Part shown: piece after piece, positions 1 to 10,941 of the stretch | Layout: each line of letters starts with the position of its first letter | How positions within the stretch are numbered: the stretch's first letter is position 1 | Source: Polymyxa betae A26-41 | Taxonomy: Eukaryota > Protista > Endomyxa: Phytomyxea | Length of the DNA stretch: 64,000 nt | NCBI GenBank assembly: GCA_003693705.1 | Contig: RBZT01000176.1 | Coordinates: 1 to 64,000, forward strand | Direction: 5' to 3' | Translations under genes and position numbers: made by a program | Notes under the pieces: generated by a model | Databases searched by the model: none | Told to the model about the DNA's origin: nothing | The model's input: the letters and a program-made list of their open reading frames with translations, nothing else

Positions 1-721
1 CTGTCATCTTGTGCTAGATAAGACGTCTTTGTAGCAATCCTACGAATTCAAGCTTCAGATCCAGGCAAAATTCAGTCTGTATTCCAGCTCCCAGATCCAG
101 ACCGGTTATTCCGTCACGGAGTCCATTTGAGTCCGTGGCGGAGTTCGTCCTGACTATAGGGCCGTTTATATATAATAAAATAAGAGTCTTTTCCTGGAAA
201 TATTCTACAAATATTGACACAATCCCCCGGAATTTTGCAAAATTGCTAGTATCCAAACGCACCCTAAAACAATTCGAAGTGAAGTTTTGTTAAGTCATAA
301 AATCATCAAGCGCCTAATCGCTACTGACTCACAATTGAAATCATCACTCGGCTCATTCAGAGAGGTTCGTGATTCCTCAACATGCCTTGCCAAACGAGGC
401 CGCCCTCAAACTCTGAAATTTCGAATTTCGATTCTCCGGTGGCCAAATAAATGCAAAAGATCCGCTACAAAAAAGCAATAATTGTGCTCATTATGAAAAA
501 GTACTGGGGTTGATGCAATCGATCATCGCATGGGTACCAAATGCCCGTATTTTAAGAAAGATGAATTTGCTGGCTGAAATGTGAAATAATTTAGATAGAC
601 TTCCAAGGTGGATCTATGATAGCCTTCACACAATCTTGAAGTTCATTAATCCAGCCAATCAGATTGCCGGGATGGGAGATATTGAAATCTGCGCGCGGAT
701 GGGGGAGCGGATAGAAACATT

Positions 722-826
722 TCCCGGATACAGTCGGGTAGTGTGGTCGGGTACCGACCTGCTGCCCGATCCCGACCCGACCCCGACCCGATCCGGGTTT
801 TTCGGATACTACCCGAACCCGATCGG
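722..826. repeat. CCCGA/TCGGG-rich imperfect palindrome, possibly a MITE or hAT-type subterminal remnant
   Basis: Many CCCGA units (cccgatcccgacccgaccccgacccgatccggg), flanked by the inverted pair tcgggtagt (734-742) / actacccga (808-816). No TIR or TSD identified. Confidence 0.4.
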
Positions 827-1509
827 AGAACAATTTGGGCTCGAGTGAAAAATCTTAAACTAATGGAGCACCAAGTGATGATGTAAGTTCAAGGATAAAA
901 AAATATTCTGGCAGGAAAAGGCGCGATCGTAACCAAATTCAGAATGTAATTGCAGAGGTCCATCTTGATAAGCGCTCAACAACTAGAGATCTGTCTGATG
1001 CTTTTGATATTTGTGCTGGTACACTGATCAAAGTCCTGAAAGAAGGCAAGCTCCGTGGGGTTAGCAGCTCAACAAGCCGTTACTGACAGATGAGAACAAA
1101 GCCGCAGGATTCTGTTTGCTTTATAAATGTTGATTCCTGGTTCGAATCAGTTCCAGGTCATGTACGATGTGGTACATGTTGACGTCAAATGGCTTTTACA
1201 TGACAAAGGAACCTTTATTTTCTGCTTGATGAACAGGGACCAGTGCGATCCTGTAAAAGCAAACGATTCATTATCAAGGTAATGTTTCTGGCTGCGGTAG
1301 CCCGACCACGATGGGACCAGCATCGTAAAGTTACCGTTTACGTAAATTGACTGTATACAGTAAAAATTTCGATTAAGATTTCTCATATAAGCCCTGAACC
1401 CTGTTTTTGGATGTTTAGGAGCCTGGACGCTGGAATTCCGGCTTCCCAGGGTTGTCATGCCCCTAGGCACGACAGTCCTGGGAGATATAGAGAAGTGCGC
1501 CGCATAGCG

Positions 1510-1915
1510 CGGCCACTCTGATCAACTCCTTTCTCTCGATCGGTTGTCCCTGTCGTCTCGAGAGTCTCGGGCGCACCCGACCTCGACCCCGCCGCCGCCA
1601 AGGTCGCCATCCTCATCACCGTCTCCGCCTCTGCTTATAACATCGCCTTCGCCTTCACCGCGTTCGTCGTCTCCGCCTCTGCCTATAACATCGTCTTCAC
1701 CTTCACCGCGTTCGTCGTCTTCCTCTCAGTTGCTATCGTCTTCCCCGCCTCCGTCACGCTCGTCGTCCACGCCTTTATTGTTATCGTCGTCTTCGCTTCC
1801 GCTACTATTATCGTCTCCCCCTCAATCACTATCGAAGTCTCAGCCCCTGATACTTTCATTGTCTCCGCCCCCGTCGTTACCGTCACCTAGATCATCAATG
1901 CCGCCGCTGTCTTAA
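1510..1915 (-). pseudogene. Degenerate Asp/Gly/Glu-rich coding remnant with a 48-bp tandem duplication
   Basis: The minus strand reads GDDNSSGSEDDDNNKGVDDERDGGGEDDSN*EEDDERGEGEDDVIGRGGDDERGEGEGDVISRGGDGDEDGD with several in-frame TGA. A 48-bp unit (cgtctccgcctctgcYtataacatcg...) is duplicated at about 1620-1720. The Ser/Pro-rich + strand ORF is probably its antisense shadow. Confidence 0.4.
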
Positions 1916-3478
1916 GATTACCAAAGCCCCAAACAACACATCTTCCTGTTTATTGAAATAAACGAGGAACCTTTGATCTGAAGCCTTACAAGGGTCGTAA
2001 TAAGAGCACTCCCTGAGGGTAAATATGCCCGGGCCATCGACTTGAAAGTTCAATTTTCATTGGAGCAATTTTAATGCATACGCCATACTGAACTGAATCG
2101 ATTTTGCGAAGGCTGTGCTTTTACATCGTAGAAGTGCGTTTCATTGCCAAATTAGACAAAACTCGTCCAATCTATAATTAAAAAATTCTTTCGACAATCA
2201 ACACGTATCTTTCTTGAAGAAACGACGGAATTGCTAGAGGTTTCGATTTACAAGCGATTACATCCGCCAATTCTTTTTCAAGGCCCCTAAAATGACGTTG
2301 GCACTTTGATAAGACCCTCAACACTCATTTTGGCTAAGACTCTGGACCCTGGCAATACTTCCGCAGGGCCTTATATTCGAAACTTTTACAGAGCATCCAC
2401 AGCGCGCGCAAATCTGTTCGTCCAAATCTATTCTCAAAATTCTCACACCGCAGGGATTAACTATCCGCAGTTGTATTTCGGTTTTGCCTAAGAACCCGAT
2501 AGAAAGTGCGGGATAGCTGAGGTGCTATTTCAGCGCCGATGAGAGGGAAAATAACGTTGATCTGTTTTAACCTACGGAATAGAGCTGTGCGGTGCGGGCG
2601 GTGTGGATGATCTAAGAATTGATGTTGCATGTGTTGGAGAGATTTCAATTTCAGTACAAGCACCGTCATGTCAACTGTCAAGAATTGATTTTACGGACTT
2701 GTGGCTCCAGCTTCTTTCGGCTGTGACCCGAATGTCATTTCGACTGATTTCTCTCACGCCTTCAGTCGGAGCTCTGTATTACAGATCTAATGGCATGAGC
2801 AAGAATGAAATTGAGGTGAACTCTCTGTTTAATTAATCAGAAACGAAGGAATGGCCAGCGCTGGCCTGGGCGTCAACGCGGAGTGGATGGCTTTGACAGA
2901 AGTGCCGAATGCAAGAGCTGATAAATGTGGCATAAACATAGAATCTACATAGCATCAAATGCACAGTTCCTGATCGATTCATCGAGAAGGCAATAGAATC
3001 GCTACTTATCGTTGTCAGAGAAAGATATAGCTAGCGTCTAATCCACGGGCACACTGGTTCAATTCACCGTTTCGCGGTTAGGGTTAATAAATTGATTATT
3101 ATTTTTATCCAGCTCTGAAAGAGGTCGCCACTCAGAGTTGCTTTTTTCCAACATTCTTGAGTTCTAATGGGTTATTGTCGAAATTAGAAATCGATGGGTA
3201 TGAATTTTGGTTTCAGAATGAGTTTGAGAAGGCGAAATGGAATTTAATATTCAAAGTGTGATAATAGCTACTTACCTTACCTCAGTGAAGCATGCAGCAT
3301 GCTGACTACAAAACTCAGCACTAAATTGCTAATTGAGATCGACTGAGCTCCGGGTACAATGCAGAAAATCTTCGTGAAAACGGGGCGATATTGATTAAGT
3401 AAAGTCAGCGCGGCCTTCGTTGCAATCAGAAGGTGACGCTTCTAAGTGACCTCGATCGAGTCATCGTCTCTTGCTTCT

Positions 3479-6214
3479 ATGTATACTGAATCTGAATCAT
3501 TCGAATATGATCTACATCATATTGCAGTTCATGACGTAGATCATGGTCCGCGTCGTCAAGATTATCAATTTGTCAGTGCTGTCCAGCCTGCACATCGTGT
3601 CCAGCATCATGACAATGAACTAGTCGACGATGATGTCAGAGCCGCCGTCCAGGATTACACCTACAGGCAAGCTCCTGCCAACCAGATTGCATTGCTTGAT
3701 GCTCCCCCGTCACCAGATCACATCATCTCTCCCAATCGGCAATTATTTGCCTTATTAGGAACCTACAAATTTCGGTCATTAGAAGGAATAAGCTCACGAG
3801 AGCTGGGACTCGCTGGGTTCAGGCTGGACCCTCACACTCATTGTCTGTCAAGAACGACCACATACAAATCGCTTTCATTAATATCACTCAATGATACTTC
3901 CACATCCCCAGCGTTGCAAATTCCAGTTCAGTTACCTGATGATGGACGTATCTTGTGTCCTACATTCTCCCATGACTCAAGATATTTGGCATTTCTGCTC
4001 TACTGTCCTTCTTTAAATAAGGATTTTGCTACTGATTCTATCCTTAATCCAATCATACTGTATTACATCGACTGTCAAGATCCAAACCTCCAAATACATC
4101 TGCTTAGTCGGTATCCTGTCAGTCAAATATTTGGCAAGCCCTTCCACTGGACCGCTTCTAACACCGTCATCTTTCGAACTCCACAACCGAATCGTGGCCC
4201 AATACCGACTCGACCAAGGGTGCCTGTAGGCCCAGTTGTCCTAGAAAGTGGTCTTGGACATGACGTTAAACGTCGATGTGGTGGTGAACGGACTTATCAA
4301 GATTTGCTTAAAGACAGCTTCGACTGTCATTTATTCCAATATTTCTGCACGGTTCAGGTAGTTCAATGCTCTCCAACTGGTCAAGATCATCTGCTTCCAT
4401 TAACTGGAACTATCAAAGCCTGTAATCCATCTCCAAATGGCCAATATCTCTTAATTAAGACTATTCATCCACCGTATTCTTATTTCCTTCCTTATCCAAG
4501 GTTTCCAACCAGGATTGAGATCTATCGGCTTTCAGAAAGCGATCTAAAATTCGTTCGGCTGCTCGTTGACTTGAATCTTGCCGACTCTGTTCCGATATCG
4601 TTTGATGCATGTCGTGTTGGCCCTCGACGTGTCAGCTGGCGTTATGATGCTCCATCCTCATTGATATGGGTCGAGGCCCAGGATAATGGTGATCCTAAGT
4701 TTAACCCAATCAATAATGTTCGCGATACGATATGGACACTTTCTGAGCCTTTTTCTTCATCTCCAATCTTTTTTCATCCGTTAAGCCTGCGACTCAAATC
4801 TATTCGGTTCTGGGAAGGTCACGCTTTAATTACTGAACGCTGGTTCAAGACTAGACAGCAGATTACGTGGATGGTTAAGTTCGACTGTGAAAAATACGAT
4901 CAGAAGGTGTTTGCTGTGTCTGTAATTTTTATCTGCATATAAAGTTATTTCAGAATCAATTAGTCTGGTCGGGCTCCTTCGATGATCGATACGACGATCC
5001 AGGTCAGCCGCAGGTTCATCACGATCTTGTTGATCTAACAATCCATCCGGAAACTGGCCATCCTATTCTGACTCTGCTCGGCGATGGCGCCAGCCCTGAT
5101 GGTGATCGCCCTTTTGTGCAAAGCTTTGATTTATGTAAGCTGTTTTGCCTTTTATGTTAGCGATTAATATTTTTTAGACACGCTCACAAAGAACTTGGTG
5201 TGGAGATCTTCGCCGACACATTATGAGCGTCCAATCTTGCGACTGAACGAGGATCACCTCATAATCCTGCGTGAATCTCCAACGCAACCTCCCGAGTTCT
5301 TCCTTGTTTCCATATCGCAAGCGTTTGCTGACGTTCGGTTAAGTATTCAACCTCATCCATGCCCGGAAATGCTCGATATCAAATGCGAACTGATTCGTTA
5401 TGTGCGTGCTGATGGTGTGAAATTGTCTGGATACCTTTATCTTCCCCCTGGGTTTACTCCTGGTAAAGACGAGCCGCTACCTACAGTATTATGGGCGTAT
5501 CCCCGCGAATACAAATCTGTAGACACAGCAAGTCAAGTTGTTGGATCTCCAAACACATTTGCATTAGATAGCCGTCCCTCAATGTACTTTCTTCTTGAGG
5601 GTTATGCTGTACTGGATCGAATGACAATGCCTATTGTTGCCGAAGGTCATAATGCAGAGCCTAATGACACTTACATTGAACAGTTGGTCGCGAATGCAGC
5701 AGGTGCTATTGACTATCTCGTATCAATTGGAGTCACTGATCGTGAGCGTGTTGGAGTTGGCGGGCACTCATATGGTGCATTCATGACAGCTAATCTCCTG
5801 TCACATAGTAACTTATTTGCAGCTGGTGTAGCTCGTTCTGGTGCATATAACCGAACTTTAACACCATTTGGTTTTCAGAAAGAAGAAAGAACATTATGGG
5901 AGGTTCCTCAAATTTATCAAAACATGTCGCCATATATGGCTGCTGATAAGATCCGCACGCCGTTACTCCTGATTCATGGCCAAGCTGATAATAATGCTGG
6001 TACATATCCAATGCAAAGTGAACGTATGTTTGCGGCATTAAAAGGTCATGCTAAAGCGCCAGCAAGATTAGTTCTGCTGCCTTATGAGTCACATCATTAT
6101 AAAAGTCGCGAGTCCAATGCTCATGTCCTCTGGGAATCAACCAGATGGTTTAGTAAATACGTCAAACATAAGAACAATCCGAAACATATTCGATCCAGGA
6201 GCATTTATTTATAA
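3479..6214 (+). CDS. S9 family serine peptidase (prolyl oligopeptidase fold; glutamyl-endopeptidase/S9D-like), 3 exons
   Basis: Nucleophile GGHSYGAF, Asp motif IHGQADNNAGT, His motif LPYESHHY, plus ARSGAYNRTLTPFGFQ and RTYQDLLK. Introns at about 4907-4953 and 5135-5177. Confidence 0.9.
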
Positions 6215-6374
6215 AACGTACTGTTTATAATCCCTTCGTTTTTGAGCCGTTGGAGGTTTCACATCACTTGAGAATTAATTCCAACCATTTCAAAAAGGTC
6301 AAACTTTTGTTCAGTCCGAGCGCAATTTCCGTTTCTAGACTTGATTGCGATTTTGTTCCAGTTTGATATACATC

Positions 6375-6982
6375 ATGGCTCATCATAATCTGTTCGAGGA
6401 TGTATTCGAGATCCTAGAAGTCGATAAGGATGGCAAGAAATTTGATAGAGGTGCGAGGTTATGGCGCCTTCTGCTTGCTTTTTTCTGAGCCATGATTATA
6501 GTTTCTCGTTTATATTGTCGTGGAGAGAATTATGAGATGGAATTACATCTTGATGTGAATAGTGATTTATTCACACAACCTCCTGGATCCAAATTCTCTC
6601 TCGTATTAACTCGAAGTTTGAACCTTGACGGATCCATTGATGATCATGACTACTATACGTATGCTTTAAATGATAAACCAACACTTGCAGACAAGTATAT
6701 TGGCAATTTTCTGCTCTGAGCTTATTTCTGAATACTTTTTCTAGATACGAATACGTGATGTTTGGTAGGGTTTTCAAGTTCAATACGCCTGAAGGTCAAC
6801 AATCACATCAGCAACTGTCAGAATATTCTGCTTTCTAATAGCTAGGTAGCTATCTAATTTGATTTCATAGGGAGGTTTACGCCTCATTCGGTGGATTGCT
6901 GATGAATTTAAAAGGCGAACCTCGAAATCTACAATCTCTTGAATTAGATCAGCGAGTTTACCTGCTTCTTCGATCTGTATAA
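6375..6982 (+). CDS. RPB8: RNA polymerase I/II/III shared subunit RPABC3 (Rpb8), multi-exon
   Basis: Spliced [31 protein letters not shown]...LHLDVNSDLF...YEYVMFGRVFK...YASFGGLLMNLKG...YLLLRSV*. Confidence 0.95.
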
Positions 6983-7004
6983 ATATAACTGCAGTCTTCT
7001 ATTT

Positions 7005-7689
7005 CTACTCTATTTCTGAATGTCTGGGCCTTTTCCTGGTTGTAAGTGATGTGTTCTTGTCATGCTCAGCTCGATCTTTCCACTGTCTGTATCCTGATTG
7101 AGCATCAAATTTATACTGAAATACTGAACACAATTCAAAAAGCAATCCAAGCAGATGTTTACAAATCCTTACTTTTCCTCTCGTTTTCTGCTAATCTGTG
7201 TTTAAATGGTACCATACCCTGACTATCTGGACGTTCATCACCGAATAGCTGTGCTTGCTCCAAGATTCCTTCGAATCTGCTTTTCAGCGATCTTTGTAAT
7301 ACTTGCCTCAGATCAGGTCGATCAAATGCATGAGATAATGTTAGACCAACACTGTAGAAAAATGGACATCTATCTGCTAGATTGACTTGTGATGGATCAG
7401 CCAATAGAGCAATATTAGATCGACGTGAGAGATATGGTGGCAGCTGTACAGAGACCATTCCACGCTTAACCAGAGGTAAAGCTAACCACAAAGGAAGGTG
7501 TAATGTCGTGCCTGCAGGCAATGTTGTCTCCATTTGTTCATCATTGATCTGTGGTGGACGAGCGCCATGCTGATTGGCTAATGCATACTGCAAATAACCC
7601 AGCTCAACAGCGTCGATCTGAAATGTAGCTTCAACTGTAATGGAATCTGTCTCGATCGACGACAGGCTGTAATACGATAACGACAACAT
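7005..7689 (-). CDS. PSF3: GINS complex subunit Psf3
   Basis: YYSLSSI..., LPAGTTLHLPLWLA, ALLADPSQVNLADRCPFFYSVG. One 3' intron, then a last exon ending ...RKRPRHSEIE*. Confidence 0.85.
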
Positions 7690-8187
7690 GACAGTGGAAA
7701 ATCGAAACTGGAAGCCTGGCGCGCAATCAGCCGCACAATAGAATCACTATCTGTAGATGTGTTGAAGTTAGTTGTGGTTGGCGTCCTGCTCATGTGTCTA
7801 TCAACTATTATAGATTTAATATCACAATCCAAGGGGACATCCACATTCTACGTACTTGGATCTTAGTTGAAGTAAAACAATCCCTTTTCCTGTACTCACT
7901 TTTTGGCCCCCTAAAACGTGGTCGTGGTTGTTGTCCTTTAGATCATGGTCGAAGTAGAGAATCCAGTTTTCTGCCGCCTTTCACCATCGCAAACGGTGGC
8001 CAAATCGGTTATTTTTCGAAAGCGTTGGTTCTGGACTTACGTTTAGGAAAAAGAGAGCGCTAGCCCTCAGAAAGTCGGCCTTTAAAAAATGGTATTTTTG
8101 TCTTACAGAACCATCTAAAGCTGTTGTTAGCCTACATAATCATGATCAGGAATTCGGAGTATCAGTATAGTGGAAGATTGTGATAAT

Positions 8188-10426
8188 TTATTTGAATGAA
8201 ACAGATCGAGATAAATGTGGTTTAATACCAGTAGATTCACCTCCATACGTAGTCGATTGTTTCTGTGAGAATTCCTTAACCAAACCTTTACGTTTAACCA
8301 TGGCCTTCTCAAATCTCCTTCGATGTTTAACTCGGGGATTCTTATCATCTTTGTTCCGATAGCGTTTAATACCACGATTCTCGATGATCTTTTTCGAAGC
8401 ACCACGTCGTCCTTCAGCAACATCTTCCACGTATTTGACATCCTGCTTCCTGCCAACTTTCTGTTCGACCTTCTTTTTCGCTGCTATTTCGGCTTTCTTT
8501 TTAGCAGCCGAATAGAAATCGAAATCGTCGTCATCGACATCGTCGTAGACTGAAGACGACGCAATGGCAGTTTGGAGCTGATCATCATTGGAGGATGATT
8601 TTGCACGAGACTTCGCCTTTCGCAATGCTTGCAATTCATCATCATGATTATTGTCAGATCCTAGAAACAGTCAAAATCATAATGATTAACAGGATCAGAA
8701 ACCAACCTTTACTTCCAAGAAGACCTGTAATATCTTCAAAGTCATCAAATTCGCCAGAAATGGAAGATTTTGATTTCTTCTTCTTCTTTCCATCACTCAG
8801 ACGTAAAAAGTTGTCCTAGACATTGTGTAAGTTTGATGAACAATAAGAAGCTACTCCACCGAATACCTCTTCAAACTGTCGACGTTCACGTTCATCAGCA
8901 GATTCACAATCTGAGTCATTATGAGTCTGCAACTGTTGTGGAGCCTGATTTATGCCAATGAGAAACGCTATTAGCCACAGCTTAAAAGCCACTTACAGAA
9001 GAGAATTCATCACGAAGAGATTGCATAAATTCGGATCCATGCAGCTTCTTGAGCTTCCTCTCCTCTCTTCTCTGCGATTTCTTATCTTCTTCTTCATATG
9101 GTACCATACGATGCTTCGGGGGAACATAGACGTTATTGGCCTTGTCCGCGCCATCATCATCAGGATCCGAGTCGCCTGCTGAATCGGCTTCAGCAACGTC
9201 ATCCATTGAGGGTTTAAAGCGCAATGGATCTGACGACATAGGCTGGAAAGAACTATCAGTTGACGATGAATGCAAAATAATGAAATTAGCTGATACCTGC
9301 TGACGAACAATTTTATCAATCATGTAGGCTATCTTAGAACGAATAGGTGAGATACGTTCTAACATAGTACGAATGGTGATAAGTCGATCAATAACAGGAT
9401 GACCACGAACAGGACGTCCTTCAGCTTTCATTAGCAGATAGAATATAAGAGATACACAATAATGTAATAGAAGATGATGTTGAACTGATAATAAGGAGAT
9501 CCCCTCAGGATTAGCACCTTCCACCTGAATCACATTAGTAATATATAGAGAGTATGCCAGCCTATATAAACCTGATGGTCAGCGCCTTTCTTGATCTTAT
9601 CTTTAATCTCAGTAATAGATTTAGCTAGCTCTTGAAGAAGACCTAAAAGTTCAGGAGAATCTTTCGCAATATGACGAAGCTTTTCTTCAGTCGTCAACGA
9701 ATCCAAATTTCTAATAACTTTCGACTCAGTTTGAGACTCAGTATTATCAGATTTAGATTCATCTTCAGTCACCATAACCAAATCATCGACACCAAAATCT
9801 GTCTCGTCCATCTTTGAGAACATTTGCTTCTGTTGCCGAAGAGCTTCCTAAAAAACATGTATTACAAAAACTGCAATACGAAAAGAAACCACGATTACTT
9901 CCTCTTCTTCCCTGGCTTCATTCTCACTCTCCGAATCAATTTCGAAATCTGCAGCTTCACTTCCATAGAAAATATTTCTATATAGAGCAGATTAGTGAAT
10001 GTATAGAAGCAGGTAAGAGGAGATACCGCTTTTTCCCCCAAGCAGTAGCAATGGCATCCTCAGATTTAATCTTCGTTGCTCTCCTTTCATTTTTCGGAAC
10101 GCTTTCCGCTTCTTCTATGTAATCTTCTTCAAATTCTTCAACCTGATCGTCCTCCTATTAATACATGAGACCAATGAAGAATTAGAATGATGCAGCATTA
10201 CAGATTCTGAGTCTGAGGCGTCCAGAGCTAGAATCTCTTCGTCCAATGCATCATCATCTGAATCGTCCGAATCTGATTGATTGGATTGCAGACCGATATA
10301 TTCTCGTTTGTTAGAAAACGCATCGATCTCGTTCTCAGGAATCACTTCTTTTTGCGATCCTTTCTTTGATTTCGAGAAACTTTTGTTGCTTCTTGCCTTG
10401 GCCTTCATAGAACGTTGGCGAGCCAT
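8188..10426 (-). CDS. SAS10: SSU processome protein of the Sas10/Utp3 family, with a central region resembling Lcp5/neuroguidin; multi-exon
   Basis: C-terminal Sas10 domain KNPRVKHRRRFEKA...YGGESTGIKPHLSRSVSF; Sas10/Utp3/C1D domain LLLHYCVSLIFYLLMKAEGRPVRGHPVIDRL; acidic N-terminus. Confidence 0.88.
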
Positions 10427-10941
10427 ATTTTCGACTCCGAACGTGCCAGGAAAATGACCCAGAAATTTGTCGATGGAAGCTTTGCGGACTCCGTAGCGCA
10501 AAAAAGTCAAATTTTGCACAAAATTTCCTGGAAGCCCAAGAAAGAGTTCCTGTGGAAAAAAATTTCGATTGCTTAAGAATTTATAGGACCTAGCATTGAA
10601 GTCCAGTGGCAATAGCTGCATTAGGTCGACGACGATCGCAAAGTTCCGCCAAAATAATCTGTTCGATCATTTGAATTGAATGAGCTACTGCGGGTAGGTT
10701 CTCCAGCTGTACCATGGCCGATGGATTCGAAAGAATCTGAAATGAAGAGAACCTTAACATTGAGAAAGTTGTGGAGCGGCCTCTGGTTTCAGGTAACAGA
10801 GAACATTTGACGGTCAAATTTTACGCACTCAGCGCTCTATCAATCGGCTGGTGTCCACTAGCCGGTCGTTTGTTATTCTCTAATCTCAGAAGGAAGGGGT
10901 GCTACGTCCTTCTACATATACCATATATGATCACACACAAC

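Noticed and set aside
1620-1720. Repeats considered as a CRISPR-like array (here and at 30546-30620)
   Set aside because: Only two copies each, no regular spacers, a eukaryotic context and no cas genes.
1544-1915. 123-aa Ser/Pro-rich ORF resembling an extensin or mucin
   Set aside because: It has no ATG start or signal peptide, and is better explained as the antisense shadow of a D/E/G-rich remnant.
261-7916. Isolated CCCTAAAA / TTAGGGTTA words (about 262, 2285, 3078, 7909) as telobox promoter elements
   Set aside because: Single short matches, too few to distinguish from chance without a genome-wide count.
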